Assembly: GCF_001194135.2 (NCBI RefSeq)
Contig: NC_068985.1
Span: forward strand, 5,495,239-5,559,238
DNA: 64,000 nucleotides
Reading direction: 5' to 3'
Source: Octopus bimaculoides
Lineage: Eukaryota
Part shown: one piece after another, positions 59,533 through 64,000 of the stretch
Numbering within the stretch: the first letter of the stretch is position 1
How the letters are laid out: each line of letters begins with the position of its first letter
Translations under genes and position numbers: made by a program
Notes under the pieces: generated by a model
The model's database searches: none
Told to the model about the DNA's origin: nothing
Seen by the model: only the letters and a program-made list of their open reading frames with translations

Positions 59533-60404
59533 ACATTCCTTGTAGCAGTATGTCTATAAATCCTGCTATGAACGCCGAAAAACGGTTAGAGTCAAGAACT
59601 TGTGTTAATTATATTAACTGTGTGGGCCCCATCCCGCAAGACTTGTAAGAAACGATTATATATTTCATTTTTTTAATGTATAATTCTATAATGAAAACGA
59701 TTGCTCTTGAAAACGAATCTCAGACTTGTTTATTATCGAAAATAATTCTTCGATGTATTTCTCCATCATTTATCCAAAGTTCGCAATGTATTTTAATATT
59801 CTACCTGTTCCGAAGGAAACACCTTCATGAAAATCTTCTGCGCCAATTTATATAAGACCAATCCTAGAAAATTATATTATTGGTGTGAGATCAATTCTCC
59901 TCTGGTATTGCGTAATTGCTTTCTCTCAAATAAAATAATTCGTTTCATAACTTTCTCGTCTCCTAGTTTCAAACTAATCAATAAATACAACTTTCACTAG
60001 ATTCGCTGGAAAGTTACTTCGACAACATTTACACCAAAAACACTACGACTGCTTTCTACTTAGCGTTTCTCTCACAGAATCTCATGTCACCTGAGCAATT
60101 TTCTTCTGCTTATTTATTTTGTTGTGTGTTTCAATGACATACAAAATACATTAAATAGAGTATTTTCATATTTTCACTTAATATTTCTTTTGAAAATTGC
60201 TTTTACTAGCATTCTAGGATGGTCAAACTAATATTTTACCTCGTCGGTTACCACGTCTTCTATTTCACCTCGCTATCAGTAATCGTATTGTGACATTATT
60301 TGATATATATATATATATATANNNNNNNNNNNNNNNNNNNNNNNNNNNNNNNNNNNNNNNNNNNNNNNNNNNNNNNNNNNNNNNNNNNNNATAGATAGAT
60401 AGAT

Positions 60405-60470
<66 letters not shown>

Positions 60471-60517
60471 TTGTTCACTATATTGGTTTACAACGATGAA
60501 TGTTCCACTTCATTCAG

Positions 60518-60598
60518 TCAACAGGACAGCCTGCTCGTGAAATTAACGTACGAGTGGCTGAGGGCTCCGCAGATACGTGTACCCTTAACGCGGTTCTA
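60518..60598 (-). mobile_element. O-family 3' body fragment
   Basis: CAGCCTGCTCGTGAAATTAACG..GTGGCTGAG..ACGTGTACCCTTAACG. Confidence 0.75.
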
Positions 60599-62979
60599 TC
60601 TATCTACTGTTTCAAAAAACAGTTTGATCAGGGCTTTACCACTTATCGTAGTTTCCGGTATCAAGAAGAATATTCCCACCTAAAATAAGCCGGAATATTC
60701 TATCACGGGTTCTAGAAAATACAGATTCAGATTTCAAATTCCATAATCCAATTTAAGCCAAAGTGGATGCTGATCAATGCTCAACTTACCACCGTGTCTT
60801 CGTACCGTAAGACTAATTGATTACCAGGTCCTGTCATTCTCTAAACCACTAAAAATGTATGGCAAATTAATAGGAAATTGTGTTTATATTAATCTATTTT
60901 CTTAAATGTTCAACTCATAATTGGTTTGTGTCATCGTATCTGGAACCTCATCGAGGACTGGAAATACTAATGTCATTAAAATAACTTTTATCCTTAATTT
61001 AATCGCATTCTATTAAATATACATCTCTCTGATAAACAACGCGTATACATTCTTTTCATCATCAATAACATCTGTCTACATAATGTGGGGACAGAAATGT
61101 TTCTGTTGATTAGACAAATCAAACTGAAGCATTTTTCCGAATTGAATCCAGATAGGACTTTTGTATAAACACTGCTTTGATTTTTTTTACAAAAAAATAT
61201 AGTTCTAGACATTAAATTTCAACGTTGAAGTGAATCTAACGGTTTTTAAATGGCTTATAAACACCTTTCACGCTGCAATTGTTTTTGTTTCAGCACACGA
61301 TCTCAGATCAGGTCCTTTGCTATGCAAGTACATCTTTGTAGTTCTAGACTTTTATATTAATGACTTGCAGGCACGGGGTATTTCATTATGCAGCTATAAC
61401 ATACTAAAAGGTATATTAAATGTTTTATGAATCAACACCACGTTCTACTGCGTTAGCAGTGCTCTTTACATTATTTTGTAAAGGTTATTTCTACAGAAAC
61501 TAGAGCCAGCATGTTGCAGCAAAAAATCAGAGCTAGATTTTTATGTCCTGGTCTGACTTTGCTGCTGTAGCCTTCCCTTGCATGAAGGAAAATAAAATGT
61601 TACTGATTTTCTGTGTAGATATTTTGTGATAAGGTACTTCATTGTAATAATGAGTGTTGCAGAATCGCTTGTCGATTCAACTTAAGCATTTCCGTCCCGA
61701 ATTTTTATAGACCAGTGTAATCTAGAATAGTTTACTCTATGCTATTTAGGCTAAATCTAGAGCCACCATATTCATATCGTAATCCAGATGGTAGGAATTC
61801 AGTAATCTCGTTCCCTCCAGTGGAGATTTGAGTTCAGTCCTTGAAATAAACAAACCGCATTTGTTACTCCGGACTCCGTTGTTAAACAAGTCAGAGCATT
61901 GTAGGTTCATGTTATGAATAGCTATGATTAAATAGGTCGGCATATAAAGTGTATATTTCCCTTGTCCGAAAGTGAAAGTAGAAATGCTTTCGATGGAATA
62001 CAAAATGTTGATATCAACCATTTATGAAAACACCTATCCACTCAGCCTGTTGCGATTAAACACAAAAACAAAACAAAATCGAAACATTCTTTAAAAACTT
62101 CAAATATCTAAACTAGAAACTGTTTTCTATCTGCAAAATACAGAAAAATATTGAAAGTCTTCATCGCTATCATCTTCTGCACAGCAACTACTGCCATCAT
62201 GTTTCTAGCAAAGTTGTTATGCTATTTTTTCTTCTTACTCCAACAATTTTAAACATTTGTTGTATTCAAAAGATTCATATTTGATTTCCTTTTATTGTTA
62301 AATATTGCAGATAAAAAAATAATATGAATTAAATATTCTTCTGTAAGCAGCTTCTTTGTTTTTTCTTTTATTGATTTGAATCAATTCGAAGCAGTGTATA
62401 AAACAGAAACAACACAAGTCAAGTAATTCGAGAATCGATTTTATGCTTCCAAAATGTGTATGCTCCTGAACACATACATACATATAGACAAACAAAGACA
62501 CCAACACACGCACACATACATACATAGATACATACATACATACATACATACATACATTCATACATATATGCATACCTACATTCATACATATATGCATACC
62601 TACATACATACATACATACGCTTCTGAGCGTCTGTGAGTTTTGTGTATCTTTCGTTTACTTTGTGCACGATTCCTATCACCGTACGCATGTATGTAGAAT
62701 GTATGTACGCATGAATAAGTATATATGCGCTGCAGATTTACGGGTTATGTGTTCATGTTTCAGTATTCCATATGTACTGAAACACACACACACACACACA
62801 CACACGCATACACCCTAGCATATTAACATACATTATACATATACATAAACGTATATGTATATAAATATGCATATATATATATGATTATGTACATGTATGT
62901 ATATATACTTACACACACAAAAACATTATTATTATATTCTTATGTGTATGTGCAAGTGGATATATATTTTTGTGTATTG

Positions 62980-63350
62980 AAGTTTGTTTACATACATACA
63001 CACATACATACACACATACATACATATATGTATATATGGACATATATAATATATATGTATGTATATATGTATGTATACGTATATATATGCATATGTATAT
63101 ATATGTATATGTATTTATATGTATATATATGTATATACATATTTGCATGTGTATATATGCATATGTATTTATATATATGTATGCATATATATATGTATTC
63201 ATATGTATATGTTTGTATATATATGCATATGTGTATATATGTATATGTATTTATATGTATATATATGTATATATATATGTATGTATTTATATGTATATAT
63301 ATGTATATATATATGCATATGTGTATATATGTATACGTATATATATGTAT
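62980..63350. repeat. (TATATG)-type low-complexity tract
   Basis: Seen directly. Confidence 0.9.
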
Positions 63351-63837
63351 ATACACGTGCAAACACAGGCACACACACACACACACACACATGTGCATGT
63401 TTGTGTTTGTAATGTTAAGTTGATGAACTTTTGAAACTAGTTTTTGTTTCCTTTGTGTGAATATTAATCTTCTTTTGGCAAATGTTATCTTTTGAAAATC
63501 TGATTTTTATTTCATTCTGCTGACGGTGAACGTACAACACTCATTTGCGTAGAAGTTCATACACTGAGGGAGTGAAAGTGTTCTTTTAAAGTATTCTGTT
63601 GATTTAGAATGAGACAAAAACAAAGCAAAAAAATATAGGAAAAAAAAACTATGTAGCACACACACAAGCACACACACACACACATACAAAAACACACATG
63701 CAAATAAAGACGGATAAATGAAATAGCCTTATCTAATGAACGGAAAAGAGAAGTATATTCATATACGTGTTTTGAATTATGTTTTGCATTGATTTCAATG
63801 AATCTTATATTCAAGAGCATATACACGCATAGTACGA

Positions 63838-63873
<36 letters not shown>

Positions 63874-63965
63874 ATGTATATATATATGTACACATACACA
63901 AACACACATACACAAACACACATATATATGCATATATATTAATGCATGCATAGTGTGTGTGTGTG

Positions 63966-64000
<35 letters not shown>

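Overview
Eukaryotic, AT-rich, microsatellite-dense DNA with about 24 N-gaps. It is most likely intronic or intergenic sequence from an octopus (cephalopod) draft assembly; this is inferred from composition and repeat types, not verified. No host gene can be supported. Nearly all track ORFs are microsatellite or gap artefacts. The only credible coding remnants are non-LTR retrotransposon fragments (RTE-type RT 7.6-8.0 kb; CR1/L2-group ORF2 at 25.6-26.1 and 47.0-48.5 kb; an RLE-type C-terminus at 23.5-24.2 kb) and two mariner ends. The rest is a patchwork of tRNA-derived SINE families (my working labels B, C, E, H, O), MITE-like hairpins and simple repeats. The main signal is a set of short non-autonomous elements carrying minimal type-I hammerhead ribozyme (HHR) motifs of the kind known from Penelope-like elements (PLEs): about a dozen motifs on at least four unrelated scaffolds. 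One family (E) has a tRNA-like Pol III head and occurs twice as head-to-head inverted dimers. Another (D) has a consistent non-canonical CUGUYGA core. A 0.7-kb locus at 8.4-9.1 kb has a PLE-like inverted-end plus terminal-redundancy layout. Also notable: modular SINE head/tail swapping, a SINE-LINE shared 3' hairpin with covariation, an RLE retrotransposon inside a (CATA)n tract, and concentric inverted repeats at 45.6-48.9 kb. All alignments were done by eye. Ribozyme activity and novelty are untested.
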